In this document: positions 10,227 to 20,765 of the stretch, in pieces
How positions within the stretch are numbered: position 1 is the first letter of the stretch
Layout: each line of letters starts with the position of its first letter
DNA from: Candidatus Zhuqueibacterota bacterium
GTDB lineage: Bacteria; Zhuqueibacterota; Zhuqueibacteria; Oceanimicrobiales; Oceanimicrobiaceae
Direction of reading: 5' to 3'
Assembly (NCBI GenBank): GCA_029262005.1
Contig: JAJDAG010000012.1
Location: forward strand, 3,161-67,160
Length of the DNA stretch: 64,000 bases
Notes under the pieces: model-generated
Told to the model about the DNA's origin: nothing
Databases searched by the model: none
The model's input: only the letters and a program-made list of their open reading frames with translations
Translations under genes and position numbers: made by a program

Positions 10227-11489
10227 GTGAACAGGAATTATTATACCGTCGGCTTAATTTTACTCATTTTTTTCGTCATCTCATTTTTAACGAACATTCT
10301 TGGGGCCTTAAATCCAAGTGCGTCGTCGAGCTATGGTTTGAGCGAAACCATGGCCGGATTTTTACCTTTCTCGTTTTTTATCGCCTACGGCGTCATGTCG
10401 ATTCCCGCCGGTTTTATGCTGGAGCGGTTCGGCGAAAAAAAGATGATGGTTTTTGCCTTTATCCTCGCCCTGGCAGGCTCGCTCCTGTTCGCAGGTGTGC
10501 CCTCGTTCGGAGTCTTTGTTTTTTCATTATTTACCATCGGCACCGGCATGGCGGTTTTGCAGGTGGTGATCAATCCGTTGCTCAGAGTAGCAGGCGGTGA
10601 AGAGCACTATGCTTTTACATCGGTGCTGGCGCAATTGATTTTTGGGTTGGCTTCTTTCATAAGCCCACAAATGTACACCTGGTTGGTGACCGGATTAGAT
10701 AAGAGCACTGCGCACACCGGCGGCATCATCGGTTTTCTCTCAAATGTGGTGCCCGCAGATATGTCCTGGGTCTCGGTTTACTGGATGTTCACCCTGTTCA
10801 GCCTAGGGATGATCGTTGTCGTTTTTCTTTCCAGCTTTCCGAAAGTGGAGCTGAAGGACGATGAGAAAGTCGGCAGCAAAGAGAGCTACTTTGACCTGTT
10901 CAAAAATAGAATGGTTATTCTCTACTTCCTTGGCATTTTTGCATACGTTGGCGCCGAACAGGGCATTTCCTACTGGATGTCAAAATTTCTGCAAGTTTAC
11001 CACGGCTATGATTATGAAACCGTTGGCGCCGGCGCTGTGGCCAATTTCTGGGGCCTGATGACCATCGGCGGCCTGCTGGGATTGGTTCTGTTGAAAATTC
11101 TGGATAGCAAATTAGTGCTGAAACTCTTCACCTTGCTGGCGATCATCTGCCTCCTGGCGGCGCTGTTTGGCCCGGCCGAAACCGCCCTTTATGCTTTCCA
11201 GGCGAGTGGATTCTTTCTCTCGGTCATGTACCCGATTATCATTTCCCTGGCCTTGAATTCGGTCAGCAAACATCACGGTTCTTTCGCAGGAATTTTAATG
11301 TCCGGAATCATGGGCGGCGCTGTGGTGCAGTTGCTCATCGGCTTTATCAGCGATTTTACCTCGCTCAAAGTCGGCATGATGTTTATCTTCGTCGCCCTCG
11401 GCTATATTCTCAGTATCGCCTTTTGGGCCAGGCCTTTAATTGAAAATAAAACAATTAATTTGAAGAAAAAAGAGCCTGTGACAGTTTAG
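10227..11489 (+). CDS. MFS sugar permease of the FucP/GluP (glucose-galactose/hexosamine) type
   Basis: 12-TM profile; N-terminus YYTVGLILLIFFVISFLTNILGALNP...MAGFLPFSFFIAYGVMSIPAGFMLERFGEKK is typical of the L-fucose/glucose-galactose permease family. Confidence 0.8.
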   Translation: MNRNYYTVGLILLIFFVISFLTNILGALNPSASSSYGLSETMAGFLPFSFFIAYGVMSIPAGFMLERFGEKKMMVFAFILALAGSLLFAGVPSFGVFVFSLFTIGTGMAVLQVVINPLLRVAGGEEHYAFTSVLAQLIFGLASFISPQMYTWLVTGLDKSTAHTGGIIGFLSNVVPADMSWVSVYWMFTLFSLGMIVVVFLSSFPKVELKDDEKVGSKESYFDLFKNRMVILYFLGIFAYVGAEQGISYWMSKFLQVYHGYDYETVGAGAVANFWGLMTIGGLLGLVLLKILDSKLVLKLFTLLAIICLLAALFGPAETALYAFQASGFFLSVMYPIIISLALNSVSKHHGSFAGILMSGIMGGAVVQLLIGFISDFTSLKVGMMFIFVALGYILSIAFWARPLIENKTINLKKKEPVTV

Positions 11490-11531
11490 ATTTGGCATAT
11501 TCATTCACGATTGAGGAAGGTTTTTATTTAG

Positions 11532-12377
11532 ATGAAATCTGTTATTGGCGTTGACCTGGGGGGCACGAAAGTCAGCCTTGGCAAGGTGCAGGATCAAAGG
11601 ATTGTCGCTCACTACAAAACGAATGTTTCTGCCGACAAAGAGAGCGATTTCGTTGTGCAGGAAATCATCGAGGCCATTGACATGGTATTCGACGATTCTG
11701 TTGTCGGCATCGGCATTGGCGTGCCCAGCCTTGTCGATGTAAAACGAGGGATCGTCTACGATGTGCAGAACATTCCTTCGTGGAAGGAAGTGCATTTGCA
11801 AGAAATACTGGAGGCCCGTTTCGATATCCCGGTGCGAATCAATAACGACGCCAACTGTTTTGCGGTCGGTGAAAAATATTTTGGCAAGGCGCGTGATTAT
11901 CAAAATATCGTCGGCGCGACTATCGGCACGGGCTTTGGCACCGGGGTGATCATCAACAATAAATTGTATTCCGGTAAAAATTGCGGCGCGGGCGAGTTCG
12001 GCATGCTGCCTTACAAAGACCACGTTTTGGAATACTATTGCAGCGGCCAGTTTTTCAAAAACATGCATTACGTCAAAGGCGAAGAAATTTACGCACGTGC
12101 GCGGGAAGGTGATGAATCCGCAATCAAACTGTTCGACGAATTCGGCGCCCACGTCGGCGCGGCAGTGAGCACGATTTTGTACACAGTCGATCCTGAAATT
12201 ATCATTTTCGGTGGTTCGATCAGCAATGCCTACCCACTCTTTCAAAAAACGATGTGGCAGTATCTTGAATCTTTTGCTTACCAAAAGGCTTTGCAAAAAT
12301 TACAAATTGAAATCAGTGAAGAACCCAACATCGCTGTCCTGGGCGCTGCGGCGCTCTATTTGGATGCGCATAACTGA
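11532..12377 (+). CDS. ROK-family sugar kinase (short form without the CxCGxxGCxE zinc motif); likely hexosamine/glucose kinase
   Basis: MKSVIGVDLGGTKVSLG (N-terminal ATP-binding motif), NDANCFAVGEKYFG, GTGFGTGVI. Confidence 0.75.
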   Translation: MKSVIGVDLGGTKVSLGKVQDQRIVAHYKTNVSADKESDFVVQEIIEAIDMVFDDSVVGIGIGVPSLVDVKRGIVYDVQNIPSWKEVHLQEILEARFDIPVRINNDANCFAVGEKYFGKARDYQNIVGATIGTGFGTGVIINNKLYSGKNCGAGEFGMLPYKDHVLEYYCSGQFFKNMHYVKGEEIYARAREGDESAIKLFDEFGAHVGAAVSTILYTVDPEIIIFGGSISNAYPLFQKTMWQYLESFAYQKALQKLQIEISEEPNIAVLGAAALYLDAHN

Positions 12378-12390
12378 GAGAAATAATAAA

Positions 12391-15300
12391 ATGTTAAAGA
12401 GAAAAGTAACAAACGTGGTCATGTTTTCCTGCATGATTTTCAGCATGTTTTCTGCGTTGAACGCTTTTTCGCAGGGAAAAGATACTTTCAAAAACTGTGA
12501 ATCCTTTGAGATGCAAATTATTCCCGATGCCTGGCAGGTTGCCGGTGGCAGCTCACTCGAACTGTCGACGCGCCATTTCAAGCACGGCAAACGATCCCTT
12601 CTATGGCAATGGCAGGCAGGCGCGATGCTGACGGCAACCAAGCCGCAGGGATTGCAAAAAGCTACAGCGGCAATCGGCGGTGGCGATACCGGAAGGGATG
12701 AAAATGAACCCAAATATATCTCAAAGAATAGCAAACAGGGTGGTTTCAAGGCCTGGATTTACAATGAAACGCCGGTTAAAGATTTCGTGACCTTTCGCTT
12801 TGGCTCGGCTGCCGATTTGCAGCAGAACATGCCGCGCTACAGCTTTGATTTCCACCTGAATTTTAAAGGTTGGCGCGCAGTTTGGGTGCACTTCGAACAG
12901 GATGCGCGCAACCCGAATTATACCGGCGACAGTCCGGTGGCAGTCATGGACATCATCCCGCCGCAAAGCGTGAAAGAAGGCGCCTTGTTTTTTGACCTTA
13001 TCGAGTTCGTGGATTACATGTCGTGGAAACGCAGCGCGGATTATCAGTTTCCCAAAAAGAGCGTCCATGCTGACGCGGGAAAATGGGGAAAAACCTATAT
13101 TTACAGCCAATTAAATCCACCGGAAAAAGCGAAAGACGCCATTAGCGATGCTGAAAAAGAAGCCTTTCGCACTATTGAAAAACGCTACACAAAATGGGTT
13201 CTGGGCGACAATATAGATTTAAACAACGAATCCATAAAAATACGCTACGATGCGCTGACAAAATTTATCCACAAGGGCATCAAAGCCTATGAACGACTCA
13301 ATATTCAAATTAAAGACGGCGCAATTACCGGACTGCCGCTTTTCTCCAGCCGCAGCCCGCACAAACCAAAGATCGGCAAGACTGTGCTGGCCCCTGTTTT
13401 TCTGCCGCTTGCTTTGGATTATTTGATCAACGGTAATGCGCAGAGCAAAGAGAAAGTGATGACTTTATTCGATTATGTGCATGACCAGGGCTGGGCAGAT
13501 GGCAGTGGCATGGGCACGCTGAATCACCAGGGAAACCGCGTTTCGGGTTATATGCACGCTGTTATGTTGTTGCGCGATGAGTTGCGCAAGGTCGGCAAGC
13601 TGGAACGTGAAATGGCGGCGATGGCGTGGTTTACCGATTTCGGGCAGATTTACGTTGAGAATGAAGTGGGGGACGAAATCAGCGCCGACAACCTCAGAAC
13701 GAAATTTATGTACCGCCTTTTGGTTGTGCTTTGTATGGAAGACTCCCCCGAAAAAGTGGTGAAGATGCGCTATCTCAACCGCTGGATGAATCGCGCGCTG
13801 GCCATCATGCCGGGTTTTCTGGATACAATCAAGCCAGATTATACCGGCTATCACCACCGCGGCGTTTATAGCGCGGCTTACGCGCCGATGGCTTTTCATC
13901 TTTCTTCGGCGGTCACCTATTTGGTGCACGGCACCGAATTCGCCGTGCCGCAAGAGGGCATGAACAACCTGAAAAATGCGCTGCTGACCATTCGGACTCA
14001 CGCCAACAAATACGATGTGCCCGCCGGTATTTGCGGGCGCTTTCCCGAAAATTTGAGCGTGCTCAATCGCATTCTTCCCGCCTATGCCTACATGGCGCTA
14101 TCGAGCGATCCCATCGATAGCGAGCTGGCTGCAGCCTTTATGCGTTTATGGAAACCGTCCTCAAAGCGCTTGCGCGAGGGACTGTTCAGGCGCGCTGCCA
14201 GCAACATTGAATATTACGACACAATCGGCGCTATTCAGATTATGCAGGAACTGGCGGCCAAAAACATCGCTGCTGAAAAAGCGCCGGTCGGTCACTGGTA
14301 CAAGCCGTACGCCGGTTTAACGATTCACCGCCGCGGCAACTGGATGGTGAGCGCCAAGGGATGGAGCCAATATATTTGGGATTACGAATCCAGCGGCACC
14401 GAAAATAAGTTCGGGCGCTATCTCAGCTATGGCGCGATTCAAATTTACAGTGGAAAAGGATCCATCGCCAGCGGCTATAATCTGAAAAAAGGCTGGGACT
14501 GGAATCGCTGGCCTGGCGCCACCACCATTCATCTCCCTTTGAAAGATTTGAATCACAAGGGACGCATCTCGGCGACATATAAAGAAGGCAGGCATCGCAA
14601 TTTCTCCGATGAGACATTTATGGGCGGCGTCACTCTCGGCCAGCGCAACGGTATTTTCGCGATGAAGCTGCACGACACCGCTTATAATCCCAGCTTCCGC
14701 GCCCGGAAATCGGCCTTCTTTTTTGATGATCAGGTGGTCTGTCTCGGCTCGGGAATCGAAAATAACGACGCCGAACATGCGACGGAAACGATGATTTTTC
14801 AGACCTACCTGACTGCGCCCGAAAATCCGCAGTGGGTGAACGACGAAGAGCCGACGACACAATTCCCCTTCGAGATAAAATTTGCTGACAGCGAAACCGT
14901 GTGGCTGATGGATCCGGTTGGAAATGGCTATGTCGTGCCGCAAGCGCACAATCTTCAGGTCAGCCGCGCACAGCAAAATTCCATACATCACAAAGGCAAA
15001 AAGAAAACCGTTGGCGATTATGCGACCGCCTGGTTTGCTCACGGTACCCAGCCCGCGGGAACGGGCTATGAATATGCCATACTCGTGAAATCAACGCCGC
15101 AGAAAGTCAAAGCCTACGCAGCCGCGCCCGAATACAAAACGCTGCAAAAAGACAACAATGCGCATATCGTTCGACACGAGAAAAAGCGCACAACCGGTTA
15201 TGTTATTTTTGAGGAAAAAGAAACGATTACCCACGGCGCTATTCGCCGCGCGAGCGCACCTGTGCTGTTGATGGTTAAAGACGCAAAAAATGGCATGACT

Positions 15301-15546
15301 TTGAGCCTGTGCGATCCCGACTTCAGAAGGCCGAAAGTGGGCAATATCTCAGATATTTCGGGGGATGTGCTCGTCGCTCCAAGTGTCATGCAAAAAGTGC
15401 AGGTGGAATTGCAAGGCGTGTGGAAACTGGATGGAAGCTACGCCAGCGCCCGTATGGTGCAGGCTTCCGGAAACGGCAGTGCAAGCGTCATCGAGTTCGA
15501 TTGTATTGACGCCAAAACCATCGAAGTGAAGTTGGTAAAGGAATAA
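12391..15546 (+). CDS. Second PL8-family-like lyase paralog (no T9SS tail, signal peptide only)
   Basis: start moved to the ATG at 12391 (MLKRKVTNVVMFSCMIFSMFSALNAFSQG signal peptide) because the upstream extension overlaps the ROK gene; IKPDYTGYHHRGVYSAAYAPMAFH gives the same H-x3-VY-x2-AY catalytic spacing; paralogous blocks ILPAYAYMAL / AAAFMRLW shared with the 7246 gene. Confidence 0.7.
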   Translation: MLKRKVTNVVMFSCMIFSMFSALNAFSQGKDTFKNCESFEMQIIPDAWQVAGGSSLELSTRHFKHGKRSLLWQWQAGAMLTATKPQGLQKATAAIGGGDTGRDENEPKYISKNSKQGGFKAWIYNETPVKDFVTFRFGSAADLQQNMPRYSFDFHLNFKGWRAVWVHFEQDARNPNYTGDSPVAVMDIIPPQSVKEGALFFDLIEFVDYMSWKRSADYQFPKKSVHADAGKWGKTYIYSQLNPPEKAKDAISDAEKEAFRTIEKRYTKWVLGDNIDLNNESIKIRYDALTKFIHKGIKAYERLNIQIKDGAITGLPLFSSRSPHKPKIGKTVLAPVFLPLALDYLINGNAQSKEKVMTLFDYVHDQGWADGSGMGTLNHQGNRVSGYMHAVMLLRDELRKVGKLEREMAAMAWFTDFGQIYVENEVGDEISADNLRTKFMYRLLVVLCMEDSPEKVVKMRYLNRWMNRALAIMPGFLDTIKPDYTGYHHRGVYSAAYAPMAFHLSSAVTYLVHGTEFAVPQEGMNNLKNALLTIRTHANKYDVPAGICGRFPENLSVLNRILPAYAYMALSSDPIDSELAAAFMRLWKPSSKRLREGLFRRAASNIEYYDTIGAIQIMQELAAKNIAAEKAPVGHWYKPYAGLTIHRRGNWMVSAKGWSQYIWDYESSGTENKFGRYLSYGAIQIYSGKGSIASGYNLKKGWDWNRWPGATTIHLPLKDLNHKGRISATYKEGRHRNFSDETFMGGVTLGQRNGIFAMKLHDTAYNPSFRARKSAFFFDDQVVCLGSGIENNDAEHATETMIFQTYLTAPENPQWVNDEEPTTQFPFEIKFADSETVWLMDPVGNGYVVPQAHNLQVSRAQQNSIHHKGKKKTVGDYATAWFAHGTQPAGTGYEYAILVKSTPQKVKAYAAAPEYKTLQKDNNAHIVRHEKKRTTGYVIFEEKETITHGAIRRASAPVLLMVKDAKNGMTLSLCDPDFRRPKVGNISDISGDVLVAPSVMQKVQVELQGVWKLDGSYASARMVQASGNGSASVIEFDCIDAKTIEVKLVKE

Positions 15547-15550
15547 AAAA

Positions 15551-16834
15551 GTGACGACACGCTTTTTCATTATATTCGTTCTTGGATGCATTGCGGGTAC
15601 GGCAGGGGCTTCCGAAGCAGGCGCCCAAAAAATAAGAATTGATCTCGATAAAGCTATTGGCGCACAGGGAACGGTGAGTTTCATGCTGTGCACACAGCAA
15701 GCTTACAGCAATGGGCCGGATCGCAAAAAGCTCGAGCACGCGCTTTTGCAAATTGGCAGGATTGCAAAGCTCAGTATTCAGCAATCGAAAAGCGCCTGCT
15801 CATTGCTGTGGCAGTGGGATGAATCGGAGGTGAAAGGTGTCCTGGCGATAAAAACCACACTGCCCGAATTGCCCGGCCCTGAATGGTACCACCTGCTTTA
15901 TAGCTGGGATGCCGAAAACGGGCTGTTCAACGGTTATTTGAACGGTATGCCGCTACGGCTGCCGGGCACGGTCGTGGAAGCGTGGAAGATGAAACCACAG
16001 AAGCGCATCACTTTGAATGTTGGTTCTGCAGAAGTGAAAGATGTATCGGTGACGCCGGATTATTTTTCACAGCAAACAGCGCAGGCAAAAACGCCGAAAA
16101 CAATCCGGCTCCGCTACAGCCACCTGGTTGGCGATTTCGACCGTATTGAACCGGCTTCTGTAAAAGAGCGACTGGGACGCCTGCTCTACGCATCCAGCCT
16201 TGCAGACGGCGCCGTTATCGAAAACTGGACGCTGGAAGGCCCGGGTATTATTGACCATGCAGACGGCTGGATGAAAATGTATTCCAAACGTCCTGATGGA
16301 CCGCAAGGGCACCTGGTGCATTGGGCGCTGGTGGATTTTCCGGCACGTTTCGTGGCTGAATGGGAAATACAGCCATTATCCGAGCAAGGTCTGTGCATCA
16401 TTTTTTTTGCGGCCACAGGCAAGAACGGTGAAGATATTTTCGATCGCGAATTGCCCAAACGGGAAGGCGTTTTCAACCACTATATTCGCGGTGATATCAA
16501 CAGTTACCACATCTCGTATTATGCCAACAATCCCATTCTTGCGCCGGGGCGGATCACATCCAATTTGCGTAAGAATGCCGGGTTCTACCTGGCCGCCAAT
16601 GGCCCGGCCGGCATTCGCCCGGGTTCGCGGGATATTCATACGATCCGCTTGATCCGGGACTTCGAGCATATCCAACTGCTGGTTGATGGTGGGGTTGTCA
16701 TCGATTACGTGGATGACGGTACAAAATACGGCCCTGTGCTGGGCAGTGGAAAAATCGGGTTCCGGCAAATGCAGTGGATGATCGCCCGCTATCGTAATTT
16801 CAAAGTTTGGGAATTAAAAAACAAAGATTCTTAG
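15551..16834 (+). CDS. Secreted jellyroll (concanavalin/LamG-like) protein with a DUF1080/3-keto-disaccharide-hydrolase-like C-terminus; GTG start 4 nt after the PL8 stop
   Basis: signal peptide; C-terminal GKIGFRQMQWMIARYRNFKVWEL resembles the DUF1080 terminal signature G-x-IG-x-Q...FRNI-x-I-x-EL. Confidence 0.5.
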   Translation: MTTRFFIIFVLGCIAGTAGASEAGAQKIRIDLDKAIGAQGTVSFMLCTQQAYSNGPDRKKLEHALLQIGRIAKLSIQQSKSACSLLWQWDESEVKGVLAIKTTLPELPGPEWYHLLYSWDAENGLFNGYLNGMPLRLPGTVVEAWKMKPQKRITLNVGSAEVKDVSVTPDYFSQQTAQAKTPKTIRLRYSHLVGDFDRIEPASVKERLGRLLYASSLADGAVIENWTLEGPGIIDHADGWMKMYSKRPDGPQGHLVHWALVDFPARFVAEWEIQPLSEQGLCIIFFAATGKNGEDIFDRELPKREGVFNHYIRGDINSYHISYYANNPILAPGRITSNLRKNAGFYLAANGPAGIRPGSRDIHTIRLIRDFEHIQLLVDGGVVIDYVDDGTKYGPVLGSGKIGFRQMQWMIARYRNFKVWELKNKDS

Positions 16835-16851
16835 TAAAGGAGTTATGTTGA

Positions 16852-18210
16852 ATGGATCGTCGAAAATTCATTAAAACCTTGGGTGTTGGCACCGCGGCAG
16901 TTTCATTGCCGGGCTTCGGTTGTGTTTCGTCCCAAAATGAACCGGCAAAACCCAATATCGTATTGCTATTTGCCGACGACATGGGTTACGGTGACCTTGG
17001 CTCATATGGCCATCCAACCATCAAAACACCTAATTTGGATCAAATGGCGCAGGACGGTATCCGGCTCACGTCCTTCTATGTGGCGGCGCCGAGCTGTACA
17101 CCATCGCGGGCCGCTCTTTTGACCGGCCGCTACCCGTTTCGGTCCGGACTGTCGAACGTATTGCTGCCTGAATCTGAAAACGGCATTCCCCAAACCGAAG
17201 TGACGCTTGCTGAAAAACTTAAAGAGCAGGGCTACAATACGATGGCAATCGGCAAATGGCATCTTGGTCATGCCAAACCCGAATACCTGCCCACGGCTAA
17301 TGGCTTCGACAACTACTTAGGTTTGTTGTACAGCAATGACATGATCCCGCCCTGGGTAGAAACAGATAAGCCTTTAGAACTTTATCGCGATACTGAACCG
17401 GTCGAACATCCGGTTGACCAATCGACGTTGACAAAACGGTACACCGAAGAAGCGCTAAAATTTATAGAATCCCAAAAAGACGATCCGTTTTTTCTGTACC
17501 TTCCCTATAACATGCCTCACCTGCCCATTAACACGGCCGCCGAGTTCAAGGGGAAATCAATGGCGGGATTATACGGCGATGTGATCGAAGCGATTGACTG
17601 GAGCGTCGGACAGATATTGAGTGCACTTGATAAAAATGGTCTTGACGAAAATACGCTTGTGATATTTACCAGCGACAACGGCCCGTGGATCAATATGCCG
17701 GACCGAATGCTTCAGGCAGGCAATGAGCGCTGGCACGTGGGTTCGGCAGGGCCTTTGCGCGGGGCAAAGGCGAATACCTATGAAGGCGGCATGCGGGTCC
17801 CGGCCATCATGCGCTGGCCGGGGAAAATCACCCCTGGACAGACTTCTGCCGAGATGGCCACGGCAATGGATCTTTATCCAACGATTATCAAAGCCTGCGG
17901 CGGTGCGGTACCAGACGATCGGGTCATAGACGGCAATGATATTTTGCCCATGCTAAAAGGGCAAGCACCCTCGCCAACGACGGAGTTGTACTATTTCAGG
18001 CGGGAAGAGCTGGAAGCTGTCAGAAGCGGCAAATGGAAATTGCGGCTCTCCGGTCACCTGCGAACTGATGTGAAACCGGAGGATTTACCAACACCTGAAT
18101 TATTCGATCTCCATGTCGATCCTTTTGAACGGAATAATGTGGCGGAGCGGCATCCCGATGTTACGGAGCAATTGCGGGAGAAACTGCACCAATTCAGAAA
18201 ATCTATGTAA
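16852..18210 (+). CDS. S1 sulfatase, arylsulfatase-B (N-acetylgalactosamine-4-sulfatase)-like, Tat signal
   Basis: MDRRKFIKTLGVG; KPNIVLLFADDMGYGDLGSYG; APSCTPSRAALLTGRYPFRSG (compare ARSB CTPSRSQLLTGRY); IGKWHLG. Confidence 0.85.
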   Translation: MDRRKFIKTLGVGTAAVSLPGFGCVSSQNEPAKPNIVLLFADDMGYGDLGSYGHPTIKTPNLDQMAQDGIRLTSFYVAAPSCTPSRAALLTGRYPFRSGLSNVLLPESENGIPQTEVTLAEKLKEQGYNTMAIGKWHLGHAKPEYLPTANGFDNYLGLLYSNDMIPPWVETDKPLELYRDTEPVEHPVDQSTLTKRYTEEALKFIESQKDDPFFLYLPYNMPHLPINTAAEFKGKSMAGLYGDVIEAIDWSVGQILSALDKNGLDENTLVIFTSDNGPWINMPDRMLQAGNERWHVGSAGPLRGAKANTYEGGMRVPAIMRWPGKITPGQTSAEMATAMDLYPTIIKACGGAVPDDRVIDGNDILPMLKGQAPSPTTELYYFRREELEAVRSGKWKLRLSGHLRTDVKPEDLPTPELFDLHVDPFERNNVAERHPDVTEQLREKLHQFRKSM

Positions 18211-18282
18211 CACAATGTTTGCAAAGCCTTGGCGGGTTCAGCTCGACCAATAACAAAATTTTGACAACCAGATGGGAACACG

Positions 18283-19467
18283 ATGAAAAAAATTAATACA
18301 AACTACGCAACTGCCATTCTACATGCTCTGCTTCTCGTTTGTGTGCTCGGCTCGACCGGTTTTTCTCAGGATTTGCCGGCACAAATTGACTTGATCAAAA
18401 AGCAGCTCATCAAAAAAGACGACATCATTGCCGGACGCTTCCCCGAATATACGATCAATGGGAAATGGCATTATTCAGAGGGCCTAAACTGGTTTGCCGG
18501 TTTTACAGGCGGTGAATTGTGGTATTTGTTTGAGCTGACCGGCGAGCAGGAGTTGAAGAAACGCGCGCTAGCCCATGCCGATAAATTGACTGCCCACGCG
18601 GATAGTGATTTCACCCATGACGTGGGATTTATCTTTCAACCTTCTTGCATAAAAGCCTATCAAATCACGGGAGAAAAAAAATACAGGGAAGCGGCCATCA
18701 AGGCGGCTGAGATGCTGACCCGAAGATTTAATAGCAAAGGCGAGTTTATCAGGGCCTGGGGAAAGTTAAGCTCACCGGCGCAGGCAGGAGTCATGATCAT
18801 CGATTCGATGATGAATATTGAATTGCTGTTCTGGGCGGCGGAGGAAACCGGTGATAAAAAATTCTACGACATCGCTTACAAACATGCAACAACGGTGATG
18901 AACCAGAACGTCCGCAGCGATGGCTCATCTTACCACTTAATCGAATTTGATCCCGCAACCGGCAAGGTACTCGACAAAAGAACCAAGCAGGCTTATCGCA
19001 AAGAATCCACCTGGGGACGCGGCCAGGCCTGGGGTATTTACGGCTTTGCCAATGCTTATCGCCGCACCGGCGATGAAAAATTCCTGTACACATCGAAAGA
19101 ATTGGCAAACTTTTACATCAGTCGCCTGCAGGATGATCATCTGTCAAATTGGGATTTGAATTTAAGCGGCCCCGGTATCAAGCGCGATGCTTCTGCAGCC
19201 GCCATTGCCGCCTCGGGATTGTTCCTGTTGTCGGAGCAGGTCAAGACCGATGACTTGAAAGAGAAATACCAATCCTATGCAGAAAAGATCACCAAATCCC
19301 TGTTGAAAAAATGCTTGTACACCACCAGCACCCGCGAGATAGAAGAGGGCATTTTGATTCACCAGGTGTTACAGCACAATCGCGGAAAAGGTGTCGATGA
19401 ATCGAATCCCGCAGGCGATTATTATTTTGTTGAAGCGGTGAAAAAACTGCATGACAGGTTGAAATAA
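18283..19467 (+). CDS. GH88 unsaturated glucuronyl hydrolase (periplasmic, signal peptide)
   Basis: HDVGFIFQPS, IIDSMMNIELLFWAAEETGD, TWGRGQAWGIYGFANAYRRTGDEKFL are conserved UGL blocks. Confidence 0.8.
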   Translation: MKKINTNYATAILHALLLVCVLGSTGFSQDLPAQIDLIKKQLIKKDDIIAGRFPEYTINGKWHYSEGLNWFAGFTGGELWYLFELTGEQELKKRALAHADKLTAHADSDFTHDVGFIFQPSCIKAYQITGEKKYREAAIKAAEMLTRRFNSKGEFIRAWGKLSSPAQAGVMIIDSMMNIELLFWAAEETGDKKFYDIAYKHATTVMNQNVRSDGSSYHLIEFDPATGKVLDKRTKQAYRKESTWGRGQAWGIYGFANAYRRTGDEKFLYTSKELANFYISRLQDDHLSNWDLNLSGPGIKRDASAAAIAASGLFLLSEQVKTDDLKEKYQSYAEKITKSLLKKCLYTTSTREIEEGILIHQVLQHNRGKGVDESNPAGDYYFVEAVKKLHDRLK

Positions 19468-19469
19468 GA

Positions 19470-20678
19470 ATGGTGAAACATAATATGAAATCTTTTGCGC
19501 TCAAAACTTTGGGCGTGGCTGTTCTTTTAATTGGTGCGCTTTCTTGTTCTCAGAACAACACAAATTTAAAGGAAGTCTTCGTTTCCAGCTTACGGTTTTC
19601 GCAAGCGCAGTTAAAAAAGGCCGTTGCCGAAGTGAATGACCCTGCGCAATACCCCCGAAGCACATTGGAAAACGGCAAGTGGGGAACAACATCTTCGACA
19701 GATTGGACAGCCGGTTTTTTCCCGGGTTGCTTGTGGTATATGTACGACTGGACATCCGATTCTTCCTGGCAGGAACTGGCTGAAAAATGGACCAACGGAC
19801 TGGAGAAGGAAAAATATAATACCAACACCCATGATGTCGGTTTTATGATATTTTCCAGTTTTGGCAATGGCTACCGCTTAACCCGCAATCCGCATTATAA
19901 GGATGTTATTCTGCAAGCGGCGCAAACCTTGGCGAACCGTTACAATCAAAAAGTGGGATGCATTAAATCCTGGGATTTTATGGGCGACGATAAATATCCG
20001 GTAATCATCGATAATATGATGAACCTGGAACTCCTTTTCTGGGCCTCAAAAAATGGCGGCAAGAAAGAGTGGTACGATATTGCAATCAGCCACGCTGAGA
20101 AAACCATGAAAAATCATATTCGCGACGATGCCGGCAGCTATCATGTCGTGCTTTACGATACGCTCACCGGCAATGTCAAAGAGAGAATTACTTTTCAGGG
20201 TTATGCCGATGAATCGACATGGGCGCGGGGACAAGCCTGGGGGATTTACGGTTTTACCATGGCATTTCGCGAAAGCGGCGATGAGCGATTCCTGAAAACA
20301 GCGCACAGGCTGGCCGCCTTTTTTATCCGCCATCTGCCTGAAGATTATATCCCTTATTGGGATTTTAACGCGCCTGAAATACCCAATGAAGAAAGGGACA
20401 CTTCAGCAGGTGCTGTTGCGGCGTCCGCCCTGCTTGAATTGATGAAATTCACCCGCGAACCCGAATTGAAAGAGCAGTATTACAAAACAGCCCGGACAAT
20501 TCTCGCGAACCTTTCAAAACCCCCATACCTAGCAAGGGGAGCGGAGAGCAGCGCCATTCTTCTGCAAGCTGTCGGCGCAAAGACGCGAAACAAGGAAATT
20601 GATGTGTCCCTCATTTATGGTGATTATTATTATTTAGAAGCTCTGTTGAAGTTTCAGAATATGAAAAGGAAAAATTAA
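19470..20678 (+). CDS. GH88 unsaturated glucuronyl hydrolase paralog (lipoprotein-type signal)
   Basis: HDVGFMIFSS, IIDNMMNLELLFWASKNGG, TWARGQAWGIYGFTMAFRESGDERFL; tandem with the 18283 gene. Confidence 0.8.
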   Translation: MVKHNMKSFALKTLGVAVLLIGALSCSQNNTNLKEVFVSSLRFSQAQLKKAVAEVNDPAQYPRSTLENGKWGTTSSTDWTAGFFPGCLWYMYDWTSDSSWQELAEKWTNGLEKEKYNTNTHDVGFMIFSSFGNGYRLTRNPHYKDVILQAAQTLANRYNQKVGCIKSWDFMGDDKYPVIIDNMMNLELLFWASKNGGKKEWYDIAISHAEKTMKNHIRDDAGSYHVVLYDTLTGNVKERITFQGYADESTWARGQAWGIYGFTMAFRESGDERFLKTAHRLAAFFIRHLPEDYIPYWDFNAPEIPNEERDTSAGAVAASALLELMKFTREPELKEQYYKTARTILANLSKPPYLARGAESSAILLQAVGAKTRNKEIDVSLIYGDYYYLEALLKFQNMKRKN

Positions 20679-20690
20679 ATATTTTCACCC

Positions 20691-20726
20691 AACCCTTTCA
20701 GGGATTACAAGCCCCGGAAGGATTAC
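20691..20726. repeat. GC-rich palindromic intergenic repeat (family 1), 13 nt after the GH88 stop
   Basis: AACCCTTTCAGGGATTACAAGCCCCGGAAGGATTAC; arms CCTTTCAGGG/CCCCGGAAGG can pair (9/10 including a G-U). Confidence 0.5.
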
Positions 20727-20765
20727 TGACAATAGTGTTAAGAAAACCCGAATTGGAGATAAATT

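Noticed and set aside
12211-12390. N-terminal 60-codon extension of the second PL8 ORF, overlapping the 3' end of the ROK kinase gene.
   Set aside because: The extension has no signal peptide and overlaps a well-supported gene. The internal ATG at 12391 starts a canonical signal peptide immediately after the ROK stop.
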